Positions 1 to 12,074 are shown, counted from the first letter of the stretch. The stretch is 64,000 bases of DNA from Eledone cirrhosa (GCA_964016885.1 OZ024742.1:361336001-361400000), one strand, 5' to 3'. The notes: a model not told the origin generated them from the sequence alone. A program made the numbers and translations.

Positions 1-1630
1 CAAGAAAGGGTATATTGCTATACACAGAATTACCATCAACAAAGGGTATATAGCTATACACAGAATTACCATCAACAAAGGGTATATAGCTATACATAGA
101 ATTACCATCAACAAAGAGTATATAGCTATACACAGAATTACCATCAACAAAGGGTATATAGCTATACACAGAATTACCATCAACAAAGTTTATATAGCTA
201 TACACAGAATTACCATCATCAAAGGGTATATAGCTATGCCTAGAATTACCATCAACAAAAAGTATATAGCTACACATATAATTACCATCATCAAAGGGTA
301 TATAGCTATACACAGAATTACCATCATCAAAGGGTATATAGCTATGCCTAGAATTACCAACAACAAAGGGTATATAGCTATACATAGAATTACTATCATC
401 AAAGGGTATATAGCTATACATAGAATTAACATCAACAAACAGTATATAGCTATACATAGAATTACCATCATCAAAGGGTATATAGCTATACATAGAATTA
501 CCATCATCAAAGGGTATATATAGCTATACATAGAATTACCATCATCAAAGGGTATAAATAGCTATACATAGAATTACCATCAACAAACAGTATATAGCTA
601 TACATAGAATTACCATCATCAAAGGGTATATATAGCTATACATAGAATTACCATCATCAAAGTGTATATATATCTATACATAGAATTACCATCAACAAAG
701 GGTACATAGCTATACACAGAATTACCATCATCAAAGGGTATATAGCTATACATAGAATTACCATCATCAAAGGGTATATATAGCTATACATAGAATTACC
801 ATCAACAAAGTGTATATAGCTATATATAGAATTACATCAACAAAGGGTATATAGCTATACATAGAATTACCATGAACAAAGGGTATATAGCTATACATAG
901 AATTACCATCAACAAAGGGTATATGGCTATACATAGAATTACCATCAACAAAGGGTATATATAGCTATACATAGAATTACCATCAACAAAGGGTATATAG
1001 CTATACATAGAATTACCATCAACAAAGGGTATATAGCTATACATAGAATTACCATCATCAAAGGGTATATATAGCTATACATAAAATTACCATTATCAAA
1101 GGGTATATAGCTATACATAGAATTACCATCAACAAACAGTATATAGCTATGCCTAGAATTACCATCAACAAAGGGTATATGGCTATACATAGAATTACCA
1201 TCAACAAAGAGTATATATAGCTATACATAGAATTACCATCAACAAAGGGTATATAGCTATACACAGAATTACCATCAACAAACAGTATATAGCTATACAC
1301 AGAATTACCATCAACAAAGTGTATATAAGCTATACATAGAATTACCATCAACAAAGGGTATATAGCTATACATAGAATTACCATCAACAAACAGTATATA
1401 GCTATATATAGAATTACATCAAAAAAGGGTATATAGCTATACATAGAATTACCATCAACAAAGGGTATATAGCTATACATAGAATTACCATCAACAAAGG
1501 GTATATAGCTATACATAGAATTACCATCATCAAAGGGTATATAGCTATACACAGAATTACCATCATGAAAGGGTATATAGCTATACACAGAATTACCATC
1601 ATCAAAGGGTATATAGCTATGCCTAGAATT
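1..1630. repeat. 36-bp tandem repeat (mini/satellite), about 45 copies in window, truncated by window start
   Basis: Consensus TATAGCTATACA(T/C)AGAATTACCATCA(A/T)CAAAGGGTA repeats head to tail, with occasional +2 (TA) or -1 indels. The 12-aa periodicity of the ORF track (LCIAIYPLMMVI) confirms 36 nt. Confidence 0.97.
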
Positions 1631-2059
1631 GCGATCAGCAAAAACAGTGGTGGCATTAAATTCAGTGAGGAATTCAATTTGCAGCTAACTGTACATCAAG
1701 GTCCAGTTCTGTCTTCATTGGCTTATTGTGGGTTTATAAAGAAAAGATTTTAAATATAGGTGTTCATTATAAATTCTGTATGCTGATGAGCTGGTACTTA
1801 TTTTTGGAAAATTTAAAGAATTCCAGTGATGGAAACACAACCTAGAATTGTAATCCTTTAAAGAAGATTTGGAAAACTCTAAATATTAAGTAAGTAGGAA
1901 GAAAAGAAAAATGAGGACTGTAGTGATAAGAGAATTTATCGTGTATGATATCCCATCACCCCTACCATACACCTCCCTCACTGTAATCATCCTTCCCTTT
2001 ATCTAGCTCTCCGATTCACCATGCATCTTTCCTACCCCACCACCATAAAGTGATTATCC

Positions 2060-2256
2060 TGGAGCCATGACAAAAGCACCCTGCACACATTGTATTTGTG
2101 GTTGGCATTAGGAAGAGTATCCAGCCATAGAAACCAAGTCAAAATTGGTTGTGTGTGAGCAGAACATGGTCCACTGACAGGATTCTCTCACAATGGGACA
2201 GTTAGTCCAACCCATGCAAGCATGGAAAATGGACTTTAAACAATGATGATGATGAT
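2060..2256 (+). mobile_element. SINE 3' part with RTE-type tail ending in (GAT)n
   Basis: GGTTGGCATTAGGAAGAGTATCCAGCCATAGAAACC...CAACCCATGCAAGCATGGAAAATGGAC...GATGATGATGAT. The same motifs recur at 12080-12330 and 15075-15420. Confidence 0.7.
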
Positions 2257-2496
2257 CCAGTATGAGTTAATAAGAAAGCTATATTATGTGCAATATAAAA
2301 TAAAGGAGTATAATGGGTACAGTGTAGATTACTGGCTTGCTAACAGAGGAAAGTGAGTTTTTATATCCTTGTTGTACAGGAGAAGTAAGTAGAAAGAAAA
2401 CCAGTGAATTAAATACTTTCATCCACAAATGGCTTTAAGGAAGTAGTTGTTAACTTCATCCACATAGATAACTTAAGGAGCAGTGGAGGTGGGTAT

Positions 2497-2700
2497 TTAA
2501 CACTTCCATGCTCTGTTTCAATTAATTAGTGAACAATTTTGAAGGATTTATTAAAATTATTAATTATTTCATTACTAAGATAGTAACTTAATGTAAGGTT
2601 CTTATATAAAATTATGTTGGAATATTTTAATTTAAACTGGACTCCTTTAAAAAGGGCAATTTTATTTCATAGATGGCTGGGTTGGTAACTAAAGGGTTAA
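2497..2700. mobile_element. Degraded piggyBac-type MITE (TTAA-flanked)
   Basis: Right end CTAAAGGG-TTAA, degraded left end TTAA-CACTTCC. The internal AGGTTCTTATATAAAATTATGTTGGAA is also found at about 17720-17760. Confidence 0.45.
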
Positions 2701-3364
2701 AACATATAGTAATGAAAGTAAGGACAGGGTTTATATTCATGGAGATATTACCCCAGCTAGTAAAAGAGGTATTGTCTCTGAGTGAAGGGTAGATTATATG
2801 ATGCCTGTGTATGAATTGACTTATAACATGGTAGTGACACAGGGGCAATGAAATCAGTGGATGTATGGAAGCTTCAGATAAATAAAGCAAACATGTTTTA
2901 TTGGATGTATAATGTCTGTATACATAAATAACAAATCACATATTAGTTGAGAGAAAATCTGGTCTTGAAAAGAATCAGATGTGTGCATGGGAGAAAATAA
3001 TGCTGAGATAGACATCTAAATTTTTCAAGTAAAGTAATATCAAATAATACCAAGTGAAATAATATCAAGTGAAATGAACATTTGAAAGACTTAGTTCAAG
3101 ACAGAAATGATCAGAAGTGGCAAAAACAAATCTTAGGATGCTTAATATCTGAAACATGATATAGGAATGTGAGAGGAGTTATGACATTGTGATGGAGAGC
3201 ACTGATTCAACCCATTCACACACGAAAATACAGATGGAAAATGGTCATGATTATCGTCATGACTACAGGATAGCGCTTATCATCTCCTAGTGTTACAAGC
3301 AGGATATTTATTCCTTATACAGTGTAGTTTCTTAACACATTCATGACTGAAATTCTAATGAAAT

Positions 3365-3728
3365 ATCATCATCATCATTGTTTTTACATCCGTTTTTACA
3401 TGCTTGCATGTGTTGCGTGGTTCCTTCTCAGCACAACCTCTCCATTCACTGCATTTCTTTGTCATCTCCTCTATGAGTCTCAGTGATTTGAAGCCAGTTC
3501 TCACAATCTTTGCCCAGGTCTTTTTTGGTTTACCTCTACTGCAGCTTCCTTCCACTGAGATTTCCTGACTCTTCTTCATGTACCAATCTTCATTCTTGTG
3601 CATCATGTTTCCATACCAATGCATTCTTCTCTCCTGTACACCAGCTTGGATTCCTCTTAAACCAAGCTTCTCCCTCAATTCGTCCAAGCTCTGCCTTTCT
3701 CTCACACTTATATTACACATCCAACCTC
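3365..3728 (-). mobile_element. RTE LINE 3' end fragment
   Basis: ORF 3355-3720(-) MCNISVRERQSLDELREKLGLRGIQAGVQERRMHWYG...RGKPKKTW is a typical RTE ORF C-terminus. It ends in a (GAT)n tail. Confidence 0.85.
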
Positions 3729-4261
3729 TATTTTAATTAATTGTTAAAAATATTTAATAGATTTACTACAAATTTATTACTAAAATAGTGACTCCTATAA
3801 TTGTTAAATAAAATTTTTGAATAATTTAATTTAAATAGGAGCCATTTAAAATAGGCGATGTTTATTCACAGGACCAGAGCTGGTTTTGGTCAGGTTGGTA
3901 AAAAAAAGTTAACAAGATTGGAGCATTTTGTGGGGACTGAGTAGAAAATTCATAATTTGCTTAGAGGAATGTTTACTTCATCCATAGAAAACTAATTGCA
4001 TTTAAGTCCAAACAAGTTACATTATCATTCTGATAATCATAACGTTGTTGGAAATTCCATCATATTTTTCATTGATCTCAATTTAAAAGACCTAATAAAC
4101 AACCGTTTGAAAAATTAACACTGTTCTGAAAGTTTCTACCAAAACATGCTGTCTATCCAGTACCTGATCGGCACGAGTACACATTATATACTAATTGCAA
4201 TAACCCATCTCATTTATATGTAACACCAGTTTAAATGTGTCTAGAAAGACATTCCACTTTC

Positions 4262-4450
4262 AAATAATTGTTTCTACTTTTGGACCAAGGCCAGCAATTA
4301 TCCCAGTGCATTATTGGTACTTTATTTTATCGACCCCGTAAGAATGAAAGGTAAAGTTAAACTCGGCGGGATTTGAACTCAGAATGGCAAGGGCCATAAC
4401 TCTATGCTGCAAAGCATGGCATCCGACCCTCTACCGATTCTGCCAATGCA
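4262..4450 (-). mobile_element. tRNA-derived SINE (family A)
   Basis: Minus strand: A-box-like TGGCAGAATCGG, B-box GAGTTCAAATCC, body CTTTCATTCTTACGGGGTCGATAAAATAAAGTACC, tail GGCCTTGGTCCAAAAGTAGAAACAATTA. Sister copies at 8992, 15978 and 17820. Confidence 0.8.
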
Positions 4451-4805
4451 CAAATAATAAAAGTAAAAATATACAATTTGAAATTTGACTGCTTCTACTA
4501 AAGTTGATACATGTAAATTTTGATTTAATTTGGTTATGTATAGAAACATTCGAATTCTGAAAAAATACAAACCCATGTATAAAGATAACTACTTATTTGG
4601 TTATTACTATTCAGTTATTACTATTGATACTTATTTGGTTCTATATTTTACCTATAAACTATTGCTTTGTTATAGGAGCTAAAAATCTTGTAAGGAACTC
4701 AAATTTCCATTAAAAATTTCTTATAAAATACATGATTATTTTTCAAAACTTCTGCACATGTTATACTGCAAAGGAAAATCCACATGTTTAATTATGGTGG
4801 ATTTC

Positions 4806-4840
4806 TGTGTGTGTGTGTTTGTGTGTGTGTATATATATAT

Positions 4841-4873
<33 letters not shown>

Positions 4874-4895
4874 GGCATATATGTTTATTTATATA

Positions 4896-4938
<43 letters not shown>

Positions 4939-5178
4939 GCACGCACACACCCATATATATGCATATATGTATATTTATATATGTATATTATATATATACA
5001 TACATATATACATAAACATACATATATACATGTGTGTGTGTGTATGTTTATGTATATCTGCATGTTTATGTATATATGCATGTATGTATATGTATATTAT
5101 TATTGTTGTTGTCGTTATTATTATTGTTGTTATTATTATTATTATTATTAATATTGTTGTTATTAATGTATGTGTGTG

Positions 5179-5247
<69 letters not shown>

Positions 5248-5373
5248 ATATGTATATGTATATATATATATATATTTTTTTTTTAATTTTCTTTCTATTT
5301 ATTTATTATTATTATTAGTATTTTTTTTTTTTTTTCTCCTCGTGCAATGGCCATACTCGATAACGAGGGGGCA

Positions 5374-5413
<40 letters not shown>

Positions 5414-5415
5414 TC
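4806..5415. repeat. Compound microsatellite (TG)n/(TA)n/(CA)n/(TAT)n
   Basis: Directly visible. The overlapping ORFs are low-complexity artefacts. Confidence 0.95.
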
Positions 5416-6559
5416 ACATATATTATTCACTGACAGTTTATAGTAGAATTTAATGGGGTTCCAGAACATTCTGTTTTATAGGCTTAATCAATATGGGAAG
5501 CTGCCTATCAGATATTATTGATGAATGACATAACTGACACATCAAATATAATTTATTCTAATTTTATTAACTCTACAGAAATGAAAGGCTTAGTAAACAA
5601 AAGTATTATTTGATCTTCGGTGACTGAAGTGATCAAGTATCTAGTTTCCTTCAGGTTTCAACAACCAAACTCCTTAACCATTGTCTCTTTCTTCAGAACA
5701 ATTACTGACAGAACAATATGCAGAACAATGCATATCAATGCATCTATAGATATTATGCCAGCCTCGCAAAACATATTTTGTGTGTTGCTGACATTGTAGC
5801 TTCCCTATCTGAATGCCTGACTAGCTAAAGTTACACTGAGAATAATAATTAGCTGATATATGAGAACCTATTCATGGATACCATTCTAATAACTATTCGG
5901 ATTTTTCTATTTCTGTTCATCTATATATCAATCTCTTTTAAAGCCCCTGTGTGTCTTAACTTTATATCTGTGACTTGTTTCATAACACATTGCCATTAAG
6001 ATATAGCTTTGGAATTGATAATAAGTCACAGTTTTGTTACTGCTGAACTGTCACATACATACATACACACTCCTTTTATGTATGAATACTTGCTGAATAC
6101 TGCAACTGGCATCAACCTTTCATTTTTGTCCATCTATCTGGAACAGTATACACTTCTAGAATAATCTCTCTTTCTCTGAATAAAATCAATTGCATAGAGG
6201 ATTTTAGGAGTAAACAACACTTTATTTACTTCTATTTTGTATTCTGTCTCCCTTATTTATCAGGCAACAGGCAAATATTATATAGAGTTGTGAGAGAAAT
6301 ATTTCATGCCAGCAACAAAGTGATAACTAATTCCTTATTTCCTATTAACAATGACCATACTATCCCTATAGAACACATTATTTATAGAATGGCGTTAACT
6401 TTATGGTCCAGTAATAGTCTTTGAAATGGCCTGTTTCTATATAAGTGCTTTGTACTATGTCAGTAACCTTAGAAGACCAGAGAGCTGCCCATAATATAAC
6501 AGGTAATATCTGAAAGAAGAATTTACCACAGGGAGTATAAATATAAACGCTGCATTGAC

Positions 6560-6725
6560 ATAGGTGTAGAGTGTCCCCCACTTCCCTATCCCCACTCTTT
6601 CTTCCTTGCCTAATAGTCCTTGCTCTTTCCCTCCTTTTCTTCTCATGTATGGCATTTATAGTCTTTTCCTTTAATATTCAATAGAGCCAGGTCTGTCCTA
6701 TTTCACCCTTTCCTCCCTTTTTTCA
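6560..6725. repeat. Dispersed repeat fragment (pyrimidine-rich family, also about 17550-17685 and, inverted, about 25770-25850)
   Basis: GTCCTTGCTCTTTCCCTCCTTTTCTTCTCATGTATGGC...CCAGGTCTGTCCT matches GTCCTTGCTTTTCCCCTCCTTTTTCTTTCATCTATAGC...CCAGATCTGTCCT. Confidence 0.55.
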
Positions 6726-6879
6726 TTACTTAATTTTTTTTTCTCTTTTTAAATATTTTCCATCATTGCATTACTTTTGTTTGTAAAATATAGTTGACAT
6801 GAAAATCTTAAATACATTTTTAGTAATAGTAAACTATCAATCAAAAAAATAATATGTATATATCTAGCAGTAATTTCAA

Positions 6880-7517
6880 CTCTTGTTCTGATGTTGGCCA
6901 AGTAGGTCAGTGTTGCCACATGCTGAACTTGTAGCATTTAGATATTCGTTTTTATCTCTTTTCTTAGCTGCAAAACTTTGTTTCTGCATACATATTCTTG
7001 TTTTGCTTCTGTGACAAATCCAATATTAAATGTTCACATACATACACACTTTGCATGTTAACACACAGACATGTACGTGTTATATTTGACTCACACAATT
7101 ATGGAAAAAAGTTAGCAGTGCATACTCACTTCAAACATGGCAAACCACATATTTCTGCATTCATGACATGCAACTGCATACAAGTAGTTACAACTTTTAC
7201 TTCAATCTAGTCTCAGCTACCCGACTCACTTTGGAACACCATTTTGGCTTAACATATATCGAGTGACTCACAACACCATATGCATGCAGCCCAATGATGA
7301 TCGCTGTCGCACATGTTTCAAGCTCTATGCATACTGATTTAAAATGTTTACACACACACAAACACACATGCTTACACACAGTGTCAAATTTTCAAGATTT
7401 CTCTATACATTGATTTATGTGGAATTCACGAGATAATTAGTTTCTATCATTTGTATCTGAACTGGTTTCATTGTTGCAGAAGAAGCTTTTCAGCATAACT
7501 ACCTCAACATGGGCGTG

Positions 7518-7557
<40 letters not shown>

Positions 7558-8050
7558 TAACAAAGGAATTGTGGTAAGGAACCAGATGGACCATAACACA
7601 CCAGAGTACTCAATACCTAGGGTAGTAGAGTGGGTAATAGGAAAAAGTATGACCCGTCCAGAAATAGCTGTCGAAACGGCTTGAGCTCTGCCGTCAGGGT
7701 CATACTTTTTCCTGCATATATATATATATATATATGCAGTCACACCCATATATATATGCACACACCTGGCACTGCTTTTCATGATGAAACTAGTTTCAAA
7801 TACCATCCCTTGACAGTGGGATATTGGCTGTTCAGAGATGACTGAGCAACTCACTGCTCCATAGTCTCACACAGCCAACCATCTCGATTCCGCCTTTTTC
7901 AGAGCATACTCATGCCATGAAATTGGCGCTCCAATTTTGATCTAGGTGAGGAAGTCTTGTGCTGATGTTGGCCAAGTAGATCTGTGTGACCACATGCTAA
8001 CCTTAGAGCACAAAGATAATTATTTTTTCTTTGTTTCAAATTTCTGCCAC
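6880..8050. repeat. Two related copies (about 6880-6990 and 7955-8050) of an unclassified interspersed repeat segment
   Basis: TCTTGTTCTGATGTTGGCCAAGTAGGTCAGTGTTGCCACATGCTGAAC versus TCTTGTGCTGATGTTGGCCAAGTAGATCTGTGTGACCACATGCTAACC. Confidence 0.6.
7557..7715. mobile_element. Short element embedded in (TA)n, with a perfect 17-bp inverted repeat
   Basis: AGGAAAAAGTATGACCC (7639-7655) and GGGTCATACTTTTTCCT (7697-7713). (TA)n tracts lie on both sides. Confidence 0.6.
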
Positions 8051-8199
8051 CAGTTTGAAACCAAAGCAACTGAGATCAGTGCCAGTTTGTGTGAGATAAG
8101 ACGTTTTTAACAATATTCTTCTCTCAGTTCGTGGAAGAAAAAGACATCTCATATTCTGCTTTAGAGTGTAGGCTGGGTGCTCGTTTTGCCATATCTTTT

Positions 8200-8450
8200 A
8201 CACGTCCACAATGTGGGCTGGGAATTGGGGCATATTTGTGCTCGTGGGAAGTCGGGTCTTCTGTATTACTGCGTATCGCCAGAGATCCTGTCATGTGTCG
8301 TCTCCTTTGATATACCTTTGTCTCTAGCTCATTCTTTGCCTGCCTCTCCAGTGAATTTGTATACTTCTTCTACCCATATGTTAATTCTCTCTTGCCACCA
8401 ATCTCTATATTGTACCAAATGTAACATTGGATCTGGACCACCAAAATCAA
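8200..8450 (-). mobile_element. Decayed RTE LINE 3' fragment
   Basis: Minus strand reads KETTHDR-(frameshift)-LWRYAVIQKTR, equivalent to EEMKDRDKWRYAVLNRT in the copy at 10290-10500. Confidence 0.55.
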
Positions 8451-8991
8451 CACACATTGTTTAGTTAAACCAGAGTTAGTTTTACCAATGTTCTCTAAAG
8501 TTGAAAATACTGTACTATATTTCTTTGTACAATTACAAAGAGTCAATTTTCTGTAGACAAGAAAACAGTAAAATGTTTAGTTTATTTGTATAAAATGTAG
8601 TTTTAATTTCTATCTTGATTAAACAACTTTGTTTTAAACTATCTTAAAATTTGTGAATTTTCCTTGTTGAATGTTTTTATATTAAATATTGCATATTTCA
8701 GCAGAATCTCAGGAATACTCATATGGCTCCAAGCATATTTTGCAGATCTAAATAATTCAAGCACTTAGATTACCATAATGAACATCTTTTGAAATTAATG
8801 AAATTCAGTTTACCTCTTTCAGCTTCACTCGAGTTATTTTTATTTAAATGTTCAGATAATAAACAAAATAGAGAGAAATACTTTTCAAATGCTTAACTTT
8901 AAATTTAAATTTCTATCACCATTTCTAGATTCTTCATCCATTTAGAAAGGGAAAACAATGAATAATTTCGATGAATGAATTATTAAAACAC

Positions 8992-9125
8992 AAATAATTG
9001 TTTCTACTATTGGCACAAGGCCAGCAATTACCTAGTACATTACTGGTACTTTATTTTATTGACCCCGTAAGGATGAAAGGCAAAGTTAACCTCGGCAGGA
9101 TTTGATCTCAGAATGGCAAGGGCCG
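8992..9125 (-). mobile_element. 5'-truncated SINE (family A)
   Basis: Near-identical to 4262-4395 (CAAATAATTGTTTCTACT...CTCAGAATGGCAAGGGCC). Confidence 0.8.
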
Positions 9126-9250
9126 TATTAAAACACAAATAATGCAGTCTTTTAAGAAACCTGTAAATCCTGTGATTATCAATAATTTATAAACAAATTG
9201 TATCATACGTTCTGCACTCTTATGTAGACACGTTAAGACAGAAGTATTAT

Positions 9251-9678
9251 TACTCTCGAGGCCCAAATAATAGGAGGGTGAGTAAATGGGGGGGGGCGGG
9301 GTTGGAATAAGTAGGTAAATGGGGGATTGGAATAAGTAGGCTACGTGAAATAAGCAGGGGTGGGGTGGAATAAGCAGTGGTGGGTGGAATAATTGAGGGA
9401 TGTTGGAATAAGCAGAGTTGGGTTGGAATTTTTCTACATCATCGATTTTTTTTTTTAAAACGAGAATTAGTCAGTTTACATATTGACATCCTATTTTATA
9501 AGATATGTGATGTCTTGTAATGGACTTTTTTGTCATATATAAAGAAAGTTAAAATAAAATTTCACTGGAGATAGATTAGCAAAATTTAATAAGCAGCAGG
9601 GGTTGGAAAAAATCTGAAAACTAAATGGTGTGTGTGTGGGGGGGGGGGGGGGGGGGGATTATTCAAGACCTGAGAGTA
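9251..9678. mobile_element. MITE-like element with imperfect TIRs and G-rich internal subrepeats of about 19 bp
   Basis: Left TACTCTCGAGGCCCAAATAAT; the right end reverse-complements to TACTCTCAGGTCTTGAATAAT. TA termini. GGAATAAG(C/T)AG subrepeats. Confidence 0.6.
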
Positions 9679-10261
9679 TGCATTTTTTGACAAAATTCCT
9701 GTTTTGTTTTCTTATATAAATATCCAGAAAGTTATATTAAAACTAAGAGTGTCATAAAAACTATCTGGTGGTACTTAAAATCTATTTGAGTGATAAAGGA
9801 GAATAAACAATGGCAAAATTGGCAACATTCTCTTCTGTATGTTTCACATCATTAAGTACTATTCACCATATCATTAGGATCTAAATATTTGAAGATCTAA
9901 TGCAACATATGAATTGGCCTATACAACATGAAATGAGTAAGATATAAGTTTTAAAAATACACAGAATGTAAAAACAATGATAACACACTTAATTTCAACA
10001 TTCATATGTTGTGTATAAAATATTAAATAGCAAAATGAATACAAGACTGAACTATACCGAGAAAATATATTCCTTCATACCCATCATCAAGAATATATTG
10101 GATTTTGGATATATCCAAAAAGATAAACTTGACAAATTTACAATACAACTTCTACATCAATAATTGATTCTATGAAGCAGAATCTAGTTTAGATATTAAT
10201 TGTAAGTTATTCACTGAATTCTATTAAATTAATTCATAATAATTTATAAGCTGTAGTGTTT

Positions 10262-10528
10262 AGGAGAGAGACTGTGATGGTATGGACATGTGATGCGCAT
10301 AGAGGATGACCGCTGGGTAAAAAAGTGCCAAGAAATCCCGGTAGAAGCAAGATGCAGTAGAGGAAGACCACAAAAAACATGGGCGGAGGTGGTAAGAGCA
10401 GACCTCAGATTGCTGAAGCTCATGGAGGAGATGAAGGACCGTGACAAGTGGAGATATGCTGTGCTGAATAGGACCCATCCCACCCTTGAAAGCAGGGAAA
10501 AGCGGACAAATGATGATGATGATGATTA
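10262..10528 (+). mobile_element. RTE LINE 3' end fragment
   Basis: WYGHVMRIEDDRWVKKCQEIPVEARCSRGRPQKTWAEVVRADL...DRDKWRYAV, followed by a (GAT)n tail. Confidence 0.88.
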
Positions 10529-10534
10529 TAAATG

Positions 10535-10815
10535 CCTGTCTTTCTCGCTCTTCTTCCCATCTCATTTTTATAAGCAAATGGGGGCCCACATGCTGGCTGC
10601 CCCATGGACCCAAATGGACAAAAGAGAGAAGGTGTTTCCCCAGAGGATGGTGAGGGAGAGATGTTGGAATAGCTATTCCAGCTTGCAAAGCTCATTATTT
10701 ATTGTAGCCAGCTCTGTATTCATGTGGTGAGTAGGGAGGTTTTCCTAGCACCAAGGACACCAAAAGTCTCAATTGCTAATTGCTATGACTGCAAACCTGC
10801 TGGAGATTGACTGTT
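10535..10815 (-). repeat. Unclassified dispersed repeat family X, copy 1
   Basis: The reverse complement aligns with 26995-27285 (both translate as WN.S.SN.S.SPSSGETPSLFCP.G) and with 19900-20145. Confidence 0.7.
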
Positions 10816-11479
10816 ATTTGGAGAGTTTACCCTCCTTGGCCCAAAGTGCATCAGCGACTAAATTAGTCTCAGGCTGCTGCTATGTCATGAATGGTAGAGA
10901 AACTTTTAATATATTGTTAAACATAATGACACATCTTGAATTGAAATAAGATCACTAGGGGAACCGTTTCATTATTTTAAAAATTAAATACACTTATTGA
11001 ACAAAATTAGTATTTGTGTGGGTTTGTGTTTATGTAAAAAAAAATAGAATATAATGTACTGCCTATAGTTTGGAGTTTAATCCTTTGGGCTGATGATTCT
11101 GCCTAGTGGGAGTTTCTCACCATTTTTGATCTTTCAGTTACACTTACTTATTTCATATTCTTATTCTTTTCTTACTCTACCTTGATGTAGGGTTTTAACA
11201 CAGAAAGTCCTCCCATTTTGAGAAATGTACCACCCAGCATGGAGTGATGATTAGCAACTCCAGAGTAAGAGCATGGACAAATCAAAGACAATATAGAGAA
11301 CAATAATATGGAGATAGACAAACAGAACCATCAGGCATTCATAGCTTTAGAGAAATTCTAGCTGAAGATCTTGACAAGGAAGATAACATATTGGAGTCCT
11401 TTAACATAGAGGACAACTGGAAACTTTGATACAACCTACTGTTAGTCCCAGATGTGCCCTGTGGTTGGGGCAAGATACT

Positions 11480-12060
11480 AGCTAGATGAAAGGTGATATG
11501 ATGTTGAAAAAAGAACAATATTTAAGAGACAGTTTTGAAAGGTCTGGAAGGCCAAATGTAGCAAGGAATTATAGGAAGTATATCAAAGAGAAGCTAGATA
11601 TCAGATTTATGTAGCTAGAGGGAAAACTAAAAGAATATGGTTTACTAGTTTTCTGTGCCATGAGGATCAGAGGTTTGATGTGTTTCAGATTAAAAGATAG
11701 TGTACCAGGGAGAACTGAGATATGAGAGAGAAGTATGAGTGGAATGACTACAGCTGATTTATAATTACTGATGCCCTCACAAAAAAAAAGGTGTAGGGAA
11801 GTTTTTTGCCATGGGAGATTAATGAATGAGAATGCATGAAGGAGTCTGTGTCTACCCTATGTAGACCCAATATACGACTGGATATTAAAGTTGGGCAATA
11901 TAGCTGAAAAAAGAAATTAAGGATATGAAGGCAGGAAAAGCAATCAGTCTATTGAGGACTATTGCTTACATAATACAAAATCCTTTTCTGAGATAGCTGA
12001 AGCTTCAGTGTTTGGTTATCAGAGACAACTTAAGGTTTCAGAGACATTTTCAGTCAAAAT
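11480..12060 (+). mobile_element. Decayed RTE LINE internal fragment (pre-RT region)
   Basis: EARYQIYVARGKTKRIWF...HEDQRFDVFQIKR*CTREN*D and IKDMKAGKA resemble the RTE ORF region preceding the RT (K..KA.GP motif). Multiple stops. Confidence 0.6.
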
Positions 12061-12074
12061 AAGCAGGTATAACC

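Larger units (their letters stand above)
1631..3265 (+). mobile_element. Decayed RTE-clade LINE, 3' half (RT domain to 3' end), interrupted by a SINE and a MITE
   Basis: Broken frames give, in order: FSEEFNLQLTVHQGPVLS (RT QG motif), LYADELVL at 1776-1799 (YADD motif), ITGLLTEESEF..C, VKGRLYDACV...HGSDT, and a WMYNV/LREK-like 3' region. These are collinear with the better-preserved RTE fragments at 20270-20710. Confidence 0.8.

Noticed and set aside
190-1677. Hydrophobic repeat ORFs (LCIAIYPLMMVI)n resembling membrane proteins
   Set aside because: They are translations of the 36-bp array, broken by TA indels at irregular intervals.
4784-5443. 219-aa ORF and overlapping ORFs
   Set aside because: Pure microsatellite translation.
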